DNA of 64,000 bases from Pseudomonadota bacterium (GCA_043823065.1 JBDRBB010000008.1:256554-320553); one strand, 5' to 3'. Positions 18,393 through 28,615 are shown, counted from the first letter of the stretch. Notes: generated by a model from the letters alone, not told the origin. Numbers and translations: made by a program.

Positions 18393-19913
18393 ATGCGTTA
18401 TTTATTAATTGGAGCAGTAATTGGCATCTCAGTTCTCATTGAAGCCTGTGGTCCTAACAATGACCAGGATGGTGGCGGCCCAGTTGATGGTGATGGCGAT
18501 GTGGATGCTGATAGTGATGTAGATGCTGATAGCGATGCTGATGGGGATTATGATGGCGATGCTGATGGCGTCGTAACCGACACTCGTTGCCGAGATTTTA
18601 GCTCAAGGGCTCGCATTTTAGCTGATCTGCCTTCTGGTTGTATGCCTCGTGATATTGATGTGTATAATAATGATGCCTATGTTTTGTGTGATTATGAAGC
18701 ACGTGCCAATCATGATGAAATTCTTAGATGTCCTATTCAAGAAGATAGAAGTGAATGCACACGAGTTATCGATTTAGGAGAAGGGCAGTTTAACTTAAGC
18801 GCTGGTGGGGAAACCCTAGATAATGTAGCAAGGCATCCAACTAGTATGACTATATTTAATCAAGGTGCTGTGGATGGGGCCATGGTTTTGGTTAATTATT
18901 TTACAGAAGATGAAATTAGTTTGGAGCGAGAAGATGTCACTTATTTATATAGAGATCAAATGGCGACCTATAATATGGCAGGCGAAAGATTATCTTCTCA
19001 TCCAGTAGTAACACCAGCCATAGGCAGCGGAAGCAGCCCAATTCCAATCTTTTTCAGACAACCAATGTCAGCTTTGTTTTTAGATGGGACCACCTTTGTT
19101 GTTCCTTTTAGAAATTTGAGTGGCGAAGAATATGAGCGAGGAATGCTTAGAATTTATGCTATGGAGACTATTGGGGATACAGAAGTGTTGGATGGTAATT
19201 TTGATCCAGATGGTATTACAGATTTAACTACCCTTAATTTTTTTACCGGCGGAGTAAATGTAACAAGTCTAGGCAGGGCAGGAGACAGGCTTGTTGTTTT
19301 GAATAGCAGTTCTGCAGAATCTGCTGAATTAGCTGGTGTGGCTGAGGCTTTGCGTTCGCCAAGTTTGGCCATCTTTGACGCTGAAACGCCGGAAAATATT
19401 TCATTTGTGGAAACAATAGAAATCACATCTTCTGGTCAATTATTAGCTCAAGATCAAATGCCAATCAGCCAAGATGGAAGTTTTGTCCTAGCTGGTTTGC
19501 AGACATATTCATCAGATATGAATCCTGAAGTTTATCAGGTGTTTTTAAATAGTGGAATAGTTGAATCTTTTGAAGCGCCGGTTGTAGGTGAAAATATTCA
19601 TTTTACCTCAATTGTCTTGTCTGAAATAAGAGCTGATGGTTCTAGGATAATTGCTTCCATGACTGATGGTTATGTTTATGCTTTCTGGGCAGACACGCGC
19701 GAGCAAGCAGGTGCAAGCGTGTTTGTTGGCGAAAATCCAAATCTTTCTGATCTAACTTCAGATGGAAGAAGCTTTATTGTTGGGGCCCAAAATACTTGTA
19801 GAGATGGCGAAGTAAGCGGTAGCCCAGCTTTAATTCAAGTTGATGTTGCTGGATTTGTAGAAGCTGAAGAAGAACCAGATGCCGGCCCAGACGCCAGCCC
19901 AGATGCTGGGTAA
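18393..19913 (+). CDS. Acidic surface lipoprotein with (D-x)n low-complexity linker, probable beta-propeller
   Basis: Lipobox IEAC; DGDGDVDADSDVDADSDADGD linker; beta-rich body; PDAG repeats at the C-terminus. Confidence 0.75.
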   Translation: MRYLLIGAVIGISVLIEACGPNNDQDGGGPVDGDGDVDADSDVDADSDADGDYDGDADGVVTDTRCRDFSSRARILADLPSGCMPRDIDVYNNDAYVLCDYEARANHDEILRCPIQEDRSECTRVIDLGEGQFNLSAGGETLDNVARHPTSMTIFNQGAVDGAMVLVNYFTEDEISLEREDVTYLYRDQMATYNMAGERLSSHPVVTPAIGSGSSPIPIFFRQPMSALFLDGTTFVVPFRNLSGEEYERGMLRIYAMETIGDTEVLDGNFDPDGITDLTTLNFFTGGVNVTSLGRAGDRLVVLNSSSAESAELAGVAEALRSPSLAIFDAETPENISFVETIEITSSGQLLAQDQMPISQDGSFVLAGLQTYSSDMNPEVYQVFLNSGIVESFEAPVVGENIHFTSIVLSEIRADGSRIIASMTDGYVYAFWADTREQAGASVFVGENPNLSDLTSDGRSFIVGAQNTCRDGEVSGSPALIQVDVAGFVEAEEEPDAGPDASPDAG

Positions 19914-19918
19914 TTTGC

Positions 19919-20053
19919 AAATACTAAATCCTAATATCTAAACTCTAAACAATTTCTAATTTCAAAATTTAAATGTTCAAAACAAATGTTTTAGGTCATT
20001 TGAACATTGGGATTTTGGATTTGTTTAGGATTTAGAATTTAGTATTTAGGATT
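19919..20053. repeat. Heptamer-periodic long inverted repeat between convergent genes
   Basis: About 65-bp arms of aaatcct/aaatact-like 7-mers; related to the element at 28621-28882. Confidence 0.7.
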
Positions 20054-21231
20054 TAACTATTTTCAATGAATTTCTTAATCCTATCTATGCCTTTATTGAT
20101 TTGTTCCCTTGAAGTGGCGAAACTTAAACGGATATTTTCATCGCAGCCAAAGTCCAAACCAGGTACGCAGGCCACTTGGGCTTTTTCCAAAAGTAGTTGG
20201 CAAAATTCCACACTTCCAGAAACCTTTAGTTTAGCATAACAAGCAGAAACTTTGGGAAACGCATAAAAAGCGCCAGTTAGTTTTTGGCACTCAAAACCAG
20301 GGATTTCATTTAAACGTTCATAAATTAGATGAGCGCGCTTATTAAATTCTTCACGCATTTTTTTCACTTCAGCTTGCCCATTTTGCAAAGCAGAAATTGC
20401 AGCTAGTTGATTAAAAGTTGCTGTGCCTGAAGTCATGTGAGATTGCAGCCGGCTGACTGCTTTGGCAAGTTCCAAAGGTGCGGCTAAATAACCAATTCTC
20501 CAGCCCGTCATGGAATAGGCTTTGCTTAATCCATTTATCGTGATGGTGCGTTCATAAAGTTCAGGGCAAACTGCGGCAAAACTTGCAAAATGTTGATCAT
20601 TAAAAACCAGATATTCATAAATTTCATCAGAGATAACAGCTGCCTGGAAATCAGCAATAACTTTGCCCAACGTTGCTAATTCTTCTGGGGTGTAACAAAA
20701 TCCACCTGGATTGTTTGGTGAATTAATGATGATTGCTTTGGTCTTAGAAGTGAGCTGCTTTTTTAATGTTGCTGCAGTGAGTTTATAGCAATTCTCTGGG
20801 CTAGAGTCTGCAAATTTGGGCACGCCTCCAACCAACTTTACCATTTCTGGATAACTAACCCAATATGGTTTAGGAATTAATACTTCATCTCCTGGATCTA
20901 TTAAAGCATGTAGAGCCAGATATACAGCATGTTTGGCGCCGCAAGTAACTACAACTTGTTTAGGGCTATAATCTAAATTATTTTCAGTTTTTAATTTGCG
21001 GGCAATTTCCTGGCGTAAATCCATGACGCCAGCAGCAGGTGCATATTTAGTGGCTCCATTATCCAAGGCCTGTTTGGCTGCAGCTTTGATAAAATCTGGA
21101 GTGTCAAAATCAGGCTCACCTGCGCCAAAACTGATGATATCTATTCCTTGAGCTTTTAGTTCTTTGGCGCGATCGGTAACTGCTAAAGTCACTGATTCAT
21201 TTACTGTTTCTGCTACTTTACTTAGTTCCAT
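20053..21231 (-). CDS. aspC: Class I/II PLP-dependent (aspartate) aminotransferase
   Basis: GAGEPDFDTP, NSPNNPGG, SDEIYE, GLSKAYSMTGWRIG. Confidence 0.93.
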   Translation of the reverse strand: MELSKVAETVNESVTLAVTDRAKELKAQGIDIISFGAGEPDFDTPDFIKAAAKQALDNGATKYAPAAGVMDLRQEIARKLKTENNLDYSPKQVVVTCGAKHAVYLALHALIDPGDEVLIPKPYWVSYPEMVKLVGGVPKFADSSPENCYKLTAATLKKQLTSKTKAIIINSPNNPGGFCYTPEELATLGKVIADFQAAVISDEIYEYLVFNDQHFASFAAVCPELYERTITINGLSKAYSMTGWRIGYLAAPLELAKAVSRLQSHMTSGTATFNQLAAISALQNGQAEVKKMREEFNKRAHLIYERLNEIPGFECQKLTGAFYAFPKVSACYAKLKVSGSVEFCQLLLEKAQVACVPGLDFGCDENIRLSFATSREQINKGIDRIKKFIENS

Positions 21232-21297
21232 GTGTAGCCCCCCCTTATTCAAGATGCACATTGAACATATCAAATTTCTATATTCAAGCATTTAATT

Positions 21298-21542
21298 TTA
21301 AAGTTCCCATTCTGCAAATCATTTAAGTTGCTCCCAGGAAGTGTTTTTTGGCTTACGGCGAATTTCTTCACACGCCAGAAATTCGCCTGCCCTGCGACGT
21401 CGCTCTTTAGGCTTAGAAAGCGACTTACGCAGAGGCCGCCAAACCACTAACTCGCGCATTTAAAAACAGCGCTATTTTAACGATGAATAGCCCGGTTTCG
21501 TGCGCCTGCTTTGAAGACCTTTTCCCCGAAAGGGAATTTTAA
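21298..21542. mobile_element. Putative MITE with 15-bp imperfect terminal inverted repeats and internal multi-hairpin
   Basis: ttaaagttcccattc vs reverse complement ttaaaattccctttc (13/15); GC-rich internal stems; no ORF. Confidence 0.55.
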
Positions 21543-21597
21543 ATTGAGAGAAATGGTGTGCTTGACAATGAATGAATTTTTAAGGTAGCTAGGGCGC

Positions 21598-22479
21598 ATG
21601 TCGATTACGATTAAAGCCCCAGCTAAGGTTAATTTGGTTTTGCGTGTTTTAGGTCAAAGGCCAAATGGTTATCATGATTTGTATATGATCATGGAAAGAT
21701 TGTCTTTGGCTGATGAAATTACTTTAACTGATATTCCTTCAGGAATTGAACTTGAATTAGCCGGTCAGCCAGCAGATCCTGGTATGATCGCCGAAAACAA
21801 CCTGGCTTACAGAGCTGCTAAAGCTTTTATAAAGGTTACAGATGAGCAAAGAGGGGTAAGAATTCAGCTGAACAAGCAAATTCCAGTTGCTGCTGGTCTG
21901 GGTGGTGGTAGCAGTGATGCAGCAGCTGTGCTTAAGGGATTAAATCAGCTCTGGCAAAAACATTTAACTCCTTATGATCTTGCAGCAATTGGGGTTAATT
22001 TAGGCGCTGATGTGCCTTTTTTCTGTTTTGAAAGCCCGGCCATAGCCCAGGGAATTGGGGAGAAAATCACAATTTTGCCTAAACTACCAAAATTACACTT
22101 TTTATTGATTAATCCTAGTGTTGCGGTTTCCACACCTTGGGTTTATCAGCAATATGATCAGTTGTTCTTAAAAGGCGCTAAATTTCAGGATTTGGAATTG
22201 ACAGCGAAAACCAAAGATGCTAGTTTTCGCCCGCTTTTTACGGAATATCAGGATGTGGTAAGAGCTCTAGATAATGATTTGGAAATGGTCACGATTAGGG
22301 CTTATCCTGAAATTTTGGAAATTAAAGAGTTTTTATTAAGTAAAGGGGCAGCTGGTGCTCTTATGTCAGGGAGTGGCCCCACGGTTTTTGGCATATTTGA
22401 AGATCCAGAAACCAGAAATAGAGCGCTGGAAGTTATTCCAAGATCAAGCTGGCAAGTTTACACCGCTGAAAATATGTAA
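21598..22479 (+). CDS. ispE: 4-diphosphocytidyl-2-C-methyl-D-erythritol kinase
   Basis: APAKVNL, IPVAAGLGGGSSDAA, GADVPF, MSGSGPTVF. Confidence 0.97.
   Translation: MSITIKAPAKVNLVLRVLGQRPNGYHDLYMIMERLSLADEITLTDIPSGIELELAGQPADPGMIAENNLAYRAAKAFIKVTDEQRGVRIQLNKQIPVAAGLGGGSSDAAAVLKGLNQLWQKHLTPYDLAAIGVNLGADVPFFCFESPAIAQGIGEKITILPKLPKLHFLLINPSVAVSTPWVYQQYDQLFLKGAKFQDLELTAKTKDASFRPLFTEYQDVVRALDNDLEMVTIRAYPEILEIKEFLLSKGAAGALMSGSGPTVFGIFEDPETRNRALEVIPRSSWQVYTAENM
22198..22226 (+). promoter_or_regulatory. Sigma-70 promoter inside ispE, probably for tRNA-Gln/prs
   Basis: TTGACA-N17-TAGTTT with TGn extension and GC-rich discriminator TCGCCCGC. Confidence 0.6.
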
Positions 22480-22485
22480 AATTCT

Positions 22486-22557
22486 TGGGGCGTCGACAAG
22501 CGGTAAGTCACTGGATTTTGATTCCAGCATCCGGAGGTTCGAATCCTCCCGCCCCAG
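22486..22557 (+). tRNA. tRNA-Gln(TTG), CCA not encoded
   Basis: Acceptor TGGGGCG/CGCCCCA, anticodon arm CTGGA-TTTTGAT-TCCAG, T-loop GGTTCGAATCC; conserved ispE-tRNA-Gln-prs order. Confidence 0.96.
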
Positions 22558-22650
22558 CAAAAATATTGTGGGTTCCGCTTTTTAGCGGATACTGATTTTT
22601 ATCAGTAACCATGTCCACCTAATTAATTATTGGTGAACGGACTTTTAAGG

Positions 22651-22683
22651 TGCCTGCTTAATTTCTATTTGGCAGGCATTTTT
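22651..22683 (+). terminator. Intrinsic terminator/attenuator between tRNA-Gln and prs
   Basis: tgcctgc/gcaggca stem followed by a T-tract. Confidence 0.6.
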
Positions 22684-22702
22684 ATTTTACAAAGGAGATC
22701 AA

Positions 22703-23653
22703 GTGGCAATTTATAATGATGAATTAAAACTTTTTTGCGGCAACGCCAATAAAATTTTAGCTGAACAAATTGCCAAAGCGCTTGATATAAAACTTTCTCA
22801 AAGCAAGGTCAGTAGTTTTTCTGATGGTGAAACTTGGGTGGAAATAACAGACAACGTTCGTGGAGACGATATTTTTATCATCCAGTCAACATGCGCTCCA
22901 GCTAATGAGCATATCATGGAGCTTTTAATCATGATTGATGCCATGAAAAGAGCTTCAGCAGGTCGTATTACCGCAGTTATTCCTTATTATGGTTATGCCA
23001 GGCAAGATCGAAAAGTGCTACCCAGAACGCCAATCAGTTCTAAATTAATTGCTGATCTTTTAACTTCTGCTGGCGCTAGCCGCGTGCTGACCATGGATTT
23101 GCATGCTGGCCAGATTCAAGGTTTTTTTAATATTCCTGTGGATCACCTTTATGCCAAACCAGTATTAATTGAATATGCTAAAAAAGAGTTTAATAATCAT
23201 TTAGTGGTTGTTTCTCCAGATGCTGGCGGTGCTGAGCGTGCTCGCGAATTTGCCAAACTGTTGCAAAGTCCCATGGCCATGATTGATAAGCGTCGTTCTA
23301 AACCAAATGAAAGTGAAGTAATGCACGTGATTGGCGATGTTAAAGATCGCAAGGCCATTATTATTGATGATATGATTGATACAGGCGGCACCATGATGAA
23401 GGCTGCTGATGCTTTAAAGCAAAGCGGAGCTAAGGCGGTATGCGCTTGTTGCACACACCCAGTGCTATCTGGAAAAGCAATTGAAAATTTAGAAAACTCT
23501 TGTTTGGAAGAGTTGATTGTAACTGACACCATTCCGCTTTCGGCAAAAGCGGCAAGTTGCAAAAAAATTAAAGTGTTAAGTGTTTCAAAACTTTTAGCTG
23601 AAGCAATTCGCCGAATTCATGCGGCAGATTCTGTTTCATCATTATTTCTATAA
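22703..23653 (+). CDS. prs: Ribose-phosphate pyrophosphokinase
   Basis: [45 protein letters not shown]. Confidence 0.98.
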   Translation: MAIYNDELKLFCGNANKILAEQIAKALDIKLSQSKVSSFSDGETWVEITDNVRGDDIFIIQSTCAPANEHIMELLIMIDAMKRASAGRITAVIPYYGYARQDRKVLPRTPISSKLIADLLTSAGASRVLTMDLHAGQIQGFFNIPVDHLYAKPVLIEYAKKEFNNHLVVVSPDAGGAERAREFAKLLQSPMAMIDKRRSKPNESEVMHVIGDVKDRKAIIIDDMIDTGGTMMKAADALKQSGAKAVCACCTHPVLSGKAIENLENSCLEELIVTDTIPLSAKAASCKKIKVLSVSKLLAEAIRRIHAADSVSSLFL

Positions 23654-23665
23654 AGGAGGTTTATT

Positions 23666-24382
23666 GTGCAGAGGATGAATTTAAAGGTTGAAAAAAGGGA
23701 AAATAAAACCAAAGGGGAGCTTCGGCAGTTTAGGTTGGCTGGAAAAGTTCCTGGCGTTCTTTACGGCAAAAAGCAAGATCCCATGCCAGTTTTAGTAACT
23801 GAAAGAGATCTTGATGTAATTGCTTCATCTCAAGCGGGTTTGAACACCCTGTTGGATATTTCTTTTGGTGATGGAGAAACCACCATGGCTTTGATTCGTG
23901 ATTATCAGGCGCATCCTATCCATCGTCGATTTACTCATGTGGATTTACAGGCTATGGATGAAACTCAACGCATTGTTACTGAAGTTCCCATTGAGTTAAA
24001 GGGGCGCGCAATTGGTTTGGAACAAGGCGGTGTCTTGGAACAAATTTTGCGTTCAATTGAAGTTCGCTGCGTGGTTACCGCTATTCCTGAAAAATTAGAA
24101 GTTGATGTTTCAACCATGGAAATTGGTGATAATATTCATATTCAAGATCTTAAGTTACCTGAGGGAGTGGAGTTAGCCAAAGAGATGGATTATACCGTTG
24201 CCACGTTAGTGCCGCCAACCAAGGAAGAAGAAGTGGCAGCCCCAGCTGAAGGTGCAGAAGGAGCAGTTGAAGGCGCAGCAGCCCCAGCTGAAGGTGCAGA
24301 AGGAGCAGCAAAACCAGCTAAAGCTGAAGGCGGTAAAGAAAAAGAAGGAGAGCCTAAAGCTAAGAGTAAAGGCAAAGAGTGA
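23666..24382 (+). CDS. rplY: 50S ribosomal protein L25 / general stress protein Ctc
   Basis: GKVPGVLYG, HVDL, GGVLEQ; Ala/Glu-rich tail. Confidence 0.95.
   Translation: MQRMNLKVEKRENKTKGELRQFRLAGKVPGVLYGKKQDPMPVLVTERDLDVIASSQAGLNTLLDISFGDGETTMALIRDYQAHPIHRRFTHVDLQAMDETQRIVTEVPIELKGRAIGLEQGGVLEQILRSIEVRCVVTAIPEKLEVDVSTMEIGDNIHIQDLKLPEGVELAKEMDYTVATLVPPTKEEEVAAPAEGAEGAVEGAAAPAEGAEGAAKPAKAEGGKEKEGEPKAKSKGKE
24236..24308 (+). repeat. 31-bp exact direct repeat (42-bp period) in the rplY tail
   Basis: gcagccccagctgaaggtgcagaaggagcag at 24236 and 24278. Confidence 0.85.
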
Positions 24383-24392
24383 TCGGAGGATA

Positions 24393-24416
24393 TCCTTCGA
24401 CTTTGCTCAGGATGAC
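24393..24416 (-). repeat. Single GTCA-tagged REP-like half element
   Basis: Minus strand reads gtcatcctgagcaaagtcgaagga, between rplY and pth. Confidence 0.55.
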
Positions 24417-24450
24417 TGGTTGTGCTTTTCGCCCAACCAGTCAAAATATA

Positions 24451-25008
24451 ATGAAGCTAATTGTTGGATTAGGAAATCCAGGTCGCTCTTATGCCAAACA
24501 TCGGCACAATGTTGGTTTTATGGCAGTTGAATATTTAGCTAAGGCCCATGATTTTGTTCTTTCAAAAAATATGTTTCAAGCCAAGGTGGGACAGGGGAAT
24601 TTAGGCGCGGAAAAATTGATCTTGGTTAAGCCGCAAACCTATATGAATCGGTCTGGATATGCTGTTGTTTCCTTGGCTGGTTATTATAAATGTGCTTTGG
24701 CAGATTTGATCGTGATTCATGACGATATTGACCTGGAATTAGGCAGAGTTAAATTATCTTTCGGCGCTGGCCATGGCGGACATAATGGAATTCGCTCTAT
24801 AGTTGAAGAAATGGATTCCTCCCAATTTATCAGGGTTCGATTAGGTGTGGGGCGTCCTCCAGAAAATATGGATCCAGCTGATTATGTGCTGCACAAGTTT
24901 GAAAATGAAGAAGAAGAAAAAGTTGAAACCATGATCAAAAAAGCAGCTTCTGCAGTAGAAGATTTAATTAAAAATAGTTTGGAGTTGGTACAACAGAAAT
25001 ATCATTAA
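24451..25008 (+). CDS. pth: Peptidyl-tRNA hydrolase
   Basis: MKLIVGLGNPG, RHNVGF, KPQTYMN, HDDID, GGHNG. Confidence 0.97.
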   Translation: MKLIVGLGNPGRSYAKHRHNVGFMAVEYLAKAHDFVLSKNMFQAKVGQGNLGAEKLILVKPQTYMNRSGYAVVSLAGYYKCALADLIVIHDDIDLELGRVKLSFGAGHGGHNGIRSIVEEMDSSQFIRVRLGVGRPPENMDPADYVLHKFENEEEEKVETMIKKAASAVEDLIKNSLELVQQKYH

Positions 25009-25021
25009 TTAGGAGGAAGTA

Positions 25022-25480
25022 ATGAGAGAGTATGAATTGGTTTACGTCGCCCAGCCGCAATTTACGCAAGGGCAAATAGATCAGCTGAATAACCGGCTGA
25101 AAACTATGATTGAGAAGGATCAGGGGCATTTGTTCTATGCCAGAAGCTTGGGTAAGAGGAGTTTGGCCTATAGAATCAAAAAACAAACTAAGGGTATTTA
25201 TTATACCCTGTGTTATGCTGCCCAAGGTGGTTGTAACGCCGAGATTGAGCGTTTTCTGCGTTATGATGAAAATGTGTTGCGCTTTCTAACAGTGCTTAAA
25301 AATGAAAAAGTGGATGTGCAAGTCAGAGCAGCTGAAATTGAAGCTCGGGGAGAGGCTCTTTCTGAAACCAGAGAAGATACTATTGAAAATGATGTGATAT
25401 TAGCAGCTAAAGAAGCTGAAGAAACATCAGCAGAAGAAGAAACTATTGAAGAAATTAATGCTTCAGGAAAGGATAATTAA
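25022..25480 (+). CDS. rpsF: 30S ribosomal protein S6
   Basis: [21 protein letters not shown]; acidic tail. Confidence 0.95.
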   Translation: MREYELVYVAQPQFTQGQIDQLNNRLKTMIEKDQGHLFYARSLGKRSLAYRIKKQTKGIYYTLCYAAQGGCNAEIERFLRYDENVLRFLTVLKNEKVDVQVRAAEIEARGEALSETREDTIENDVILAAKEAEETSAEEETIEEINASGKDN

Positions 25481-25482
25481 TT

Positions 25483-25770
25483 ATGGCGCGCATGACCAGA
25501 AATAGTAAAGACACTAAAGGCAAAAAAAAGAAATTTCAAGTTTCAACCAGAAAAAAAGTCTGTCGTTTTTGCATTGATAAAGAAATTAAAATTGATTTCA
25601 AAGATGCTAAACAATTGCAGATGTTCATTACCGAGCGAGGACGTATTTTGCCTCGCCGCTATACGGGCAATTGTGCCAAACATCAACGTGAGGTAACCAA
25701 TGCGGTGAAAAGAGCGAGAATTTTAGCTTTTATCCCGTTTACTTCTACTCAAGTTCCATTGACGATATGA
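25483..25770 (+). CDS. rpsR: 30S ribosomal protein S18 (Zn-binding Cys retained)
   Basis: CRFC, IDFKD, GRILPRR, CAKHQR. Confidence 0.97.
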   Translation: MARMTRNSKDTKGKKKKFQVSTRKKVCRFCIDKEIKIDFKDAKQLQMFITERGRILPRRYTGNCAKHQREVTNAVKRARILAFIPFTSTQVPLTI

Positions 25771-26798
25771 CCAATGTTGAGCTTTTAAAACCAAAACCCA
25801 TTGGTATTGGGGCGTTAATTGCTATTTTTTTGTATTTAAGCGGTTTGTTTGTGCTTTTGACACCTCTGCCGCTGTTGTATGTGTCTGCTACTTCTGGCCG
25901 TAAGTCTGGTGTAGCAGCGACCAGCGTGGCCTTGATCACTTTGTTTGTTATCTATTTTGTTTTTCTAGGTGCAGAGAATTTTCAAGGAGATTTGCCAAAT
26001 TTTGCTTTGCCTTTGCCAGGTTTGGGTTTGGGAATGTTTTTTCCCCTGGCTACAGTTAGATATTTTGGTCTTTTATATTTTCTATTTTTTGGCGCTATTG
26101 CTTTGGCGTTGGCTGAAGGTTTTAGACAGCAATGGGGCTTGGTTAAAGGTGGTTCCAGGGCCTTAATCGGTGCTTTAGTGTTTGTAGCGATAATTATTTT
26201 TTTTGTGGGAGTAAGTGATTTAGTTGTTTCCCTAAAAAGCTATCTGGAATTTATTGTGGCAGAAATTGCTAGGGTTCAAAGTGAGAGTGATGCTTATAAT
26301 ACCCAAACTGCCTTGTTTTTAAACCAGGGGCCGCAAATAGCTGGTTTTGTGTTAAAGATTTTTCCAGCTATAATTTTTGTTTTAACCCTTTTTGCAGTAG
26401 TTATTAACCAGTTGTTGTTCCAGCGCATTGTTATGCGCAAAAGCCTGTTTTACGCTGGCCAGAAATGGGAAGTTGCTGAGTTTAGAATGCCAGATAATTT
26501 AATTTGGGTGTTGCTTGGTTCAGCAGGCGCTTTCTTGGTTGGACAATATGTTTTAAACTGGAGTTCTTTAACCTATTTGGGGTTAAATGTTTTAATTTCT
26601 TTTACAATTTTGTATTTTTTTCAAGGGTTGTCGATTGTTGCTTTTTTTGTGCGTAGAATAAAACCCTTATTTAGGGTGTTGTTTTATTTGGTGTTGATTT
26701 TTTTCTTTCAGTTTTTTGCAATTTTGATCATAGGTTTAGGGCTGGCGGAAGTCTGGGTTAATTTCAGACAACGTTTTAGTTCTAAAGAACAAGCTTAA
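25767..26798 (+). CDS. YybS/DUF2232 membrane protein
   Basis: Multi-TM; 'FRMPDNLIW', 'YFFQGLSIV'; position between rpsR and rplI. Confidence 0.85.
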   Translation: MTNVELLKPKPIGIGALIAIFLYLSGLFVLLTPLPLLYVSATSGRKSGVAATSVALITLFVIYFVFLGAENFQGDLPNFALPLPGLGLGMFFPLATVRYFGLLYFLFFGAIALALAEGFRQQWGLVKGGSRALIGALVFVAIIIFFVGVSDLVVSLKSYLEFIVAEIARVQSESDAYNTQTALFLNQGPQIAGFVLKIFPAIIFVLTLFAVVINQLLFQRIVMRKSLFYAGQKWEVAEFRMPDNLIWVLLGSAGAFLVGQYVLNWSSLTYLGLNVLISFTILYFFQGLSIVAFFVRRIKPLFRVLFYLVLIFFFQFFAILIIGLGLAEVWVNFRQRFSSKEQA

Positions 26799-26810
26799 AA
26801 GGAGGATCTC

Positions 26811-27254
26811 ATGCAAGTTATTTTACAAGAAAATATTCCTGATTTGGGTAAAGTAGGTGATATCGTAAAGGTCAAGGACGGTTATGCCAGAAATTATCTA
26901 TTGCCTAAGAAGAAAGCTGTTTTGGCTGATCCAAGAAATATGCGACAATTAGAACATCAAAAGCGATTGGTGGCTGCCAAACAACTTAAATTAAAAAGTC
27001 AGGCCGAGGAATTAGCCAAAAAGTTGGGCGCTATTACGATTACTATTTCCAGAGATACGGCAGATGAAGAAAAACTTTTTGGTTCAGTTACCACCAAAGA
27101 TATTGCCGACGCCTTGCGTAAGGAAGGTGTAAGTGTGGATCGCCATGACCTTAATATGGATTCGCCAATCAAGAATATTGGAGTTTATGATGTGCCAGTT
27201 AAATTGCATCCAGAAGTGACTGGTACAATTAAGGTTTGGGTTGTCAAAAAATGA
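26811..27254 (+). CDS. rplI: 50S ribosomal protein L9
   Basis: MQVIL, LGKVGDIVKVKDGYARNYL, KLFGSVT. Confidence 0.98.
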   Translation: MQVILQENIPDLGKVGDIVKVKDGYARNYLLPKKKAVLADPRNMRQLEHQKRLVAAKQLKLKSQAEELAKKLGAITITISRDTADEEKLFGSVTTKDIADALRKEGVSVDRHDLNMDSPIKNIGVYDVPVKLHPEVTGTIKVWVVKK

Positions 27255-28615
27255 GCAAATTGCCACCGCAAAATCTTGAGGCAGAGCAATCTGTCTTAGG
27301 CGGAATGCTTTTGCAAAACGATGCCATTCATCGTGTTGTCGAAGTTCTATCTGAATCAGATTTTTATCGCGAGGCGCATCGCAAAATCTATCAGGCAGTT
27401 ATCAGTCTTTATCAAAAAAACGAACCAGCTGATTTGGTGACAGTTACCAATATTCTCAAAAAACAAGGCGCCTTGGAAGTAGTAGGTGGCGCAAGTTATC
27501 TGGCAGATTTGGTGGATCAAGTGCCCACCACCGCTAACATTGCTAATTATGCCCAGATTATTCGGGAAAAGGCAGTGGTTAGGCAATTGATTGAAGGCGC
27601 TAGTGAAATTGCTGCGCGTGGTTATGAAGATCAAAAAGATGTTGATGAATATTTAGATCAAGCTGAAAAGATTATTTTTGAGATTGCTCAGAAAAGGATG
27701 CACCAAGGGTTTTCTCCACTCAAAGACATTGTGCGCGATAGTTTTAAGGCTATTGAAACTTTATATGAAAAAAAGGAATTAATAACCGGGGTGCCTAGTG
27801 GGTATAAAGATTTTGATCGCCTTACTTTTGGTTTGCAAAGATCTGATTTAATAATATTGGCTGGGCGACCTAGTATGGGCAAAACTTCTTTGGCCCTGAA
27901 TATGGTGGAAAATGCTGCAATTGAAGCGGGCGTAGTATGCGCGGTTTTTTCTTTGGAAATGTCCAAACAACAATTGGTGCAAAGAATGCTTTGTTCTAAA
28001 GCGGAAGTGGATGCTTCTAAACTGCGTGGCGGTTTTTTGTCTGAAAGTGACTGGCCCAAACTTACCAGAGCTGCTGGCCTTTTGTCTGAAGCGCCCATTT
28101 TTATTGATGATTCGCCAGGTTTAAATGTTTTGGAGGTGCGGGCTAAATCCAGGCGTTTGCAAAGGGAACATGGTTTGGGTTTGGTGGTAGTTGATTATTT
28201 ACAGCTGATGCGCGGTATTGGACGAATTGAAAGCCGGGAACGCGAAATTTCCGATATTTCCAGATCGCTGAAAGCTTTGGCCAAAGAATTAAATGTGCCG
28301 GTAGTTGCTCTTTCTCAGCTTAATCGCGGGGTGGAATCCAGGCAGGACAAACGCCCGCAACTATCAGATTTGCGTGAATCTGGAGCAATTGAACAGGATG
28401 CAGACGTGATCGTTTTTGTTTATCGAGATGAAATGTATAATGAAAATAGTCCAGATGTTGGCAAGGCTGAGATAATTATTGGCAAGCAGAGAAACGGCCC
28501 TACCGGCCGCGTGATGCTTGGTTTTCAAAAACAACTTACCAAATTTACCGATCTGGCTCATGGTATGGATGACTTTGCGCCAGCTCCTCTGCCGGAAGAT
28601 GTTCAACCATTCTAA
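27251..28615 (+). CDS. dnaB: Replicative DNA helicase
   Basis: PPQNLEAEQSVLG, GRPSMGKT, VDYLQL, LSQLNR, DLRESGAIEQDAD; no intein. Confidence 0.98.
   Translation: MSKLPPQNLEAEQSVLGGMLLQNDAIHRVVEVLSESDFYREAHRKIYQAVISLYQKNEPADLVTVTNILKKQGALEVVGGASYLADLVDQVPTTANIANYAQIIREKAVVRQLIEGASEIAARGYEDQKDVDEYLDQAEKIIFEIAQKRMHQGFSPLKDIVRDSFKAIETLYEKKELITGVPSGYKDFDRLTFGLQRSDLIILAGRPSMGKTSLALNMVENAAIEAGVVCAVFSLEMSKQQLVQRMLCSKAEVDASKLRGGFLSESDWPKLTRAAGLLSEAPIFIDDSPGLNVLEVRAKSRRLQREHGLGLVVVDYLQLMRGIGRIESREREISDISRSLKALAKELNVPVVALSQLNRGVESRQDKRPQLSDLRESGAIEQDADVIVFVYRDEMYNENSPDVGKAEIIIGKQRNGPTGRVMLGFQKQLTKFTDLAHGMDDFAPAPLPEDVQPF

Noticed and set aside
19919..20053. CRISPR array
   Set aside because: Degenerate 7-mers in inverted orientation, no repeat-spacer pattern and no cas genes in the window.
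24379..24450. N-terminal extension of Pth in the ORF track
   Set aside because: It is translation through a REP-like half element; the canonical MKLIVGLGNPG starts at 24451.
25480..25483. Absence of ssb between rpsF and rpsR
   Set aside because: The rpsF-rpsR-yybS-rplI-dnaB order without ssb is ordinary in deltaproteobacteria-like genomes.
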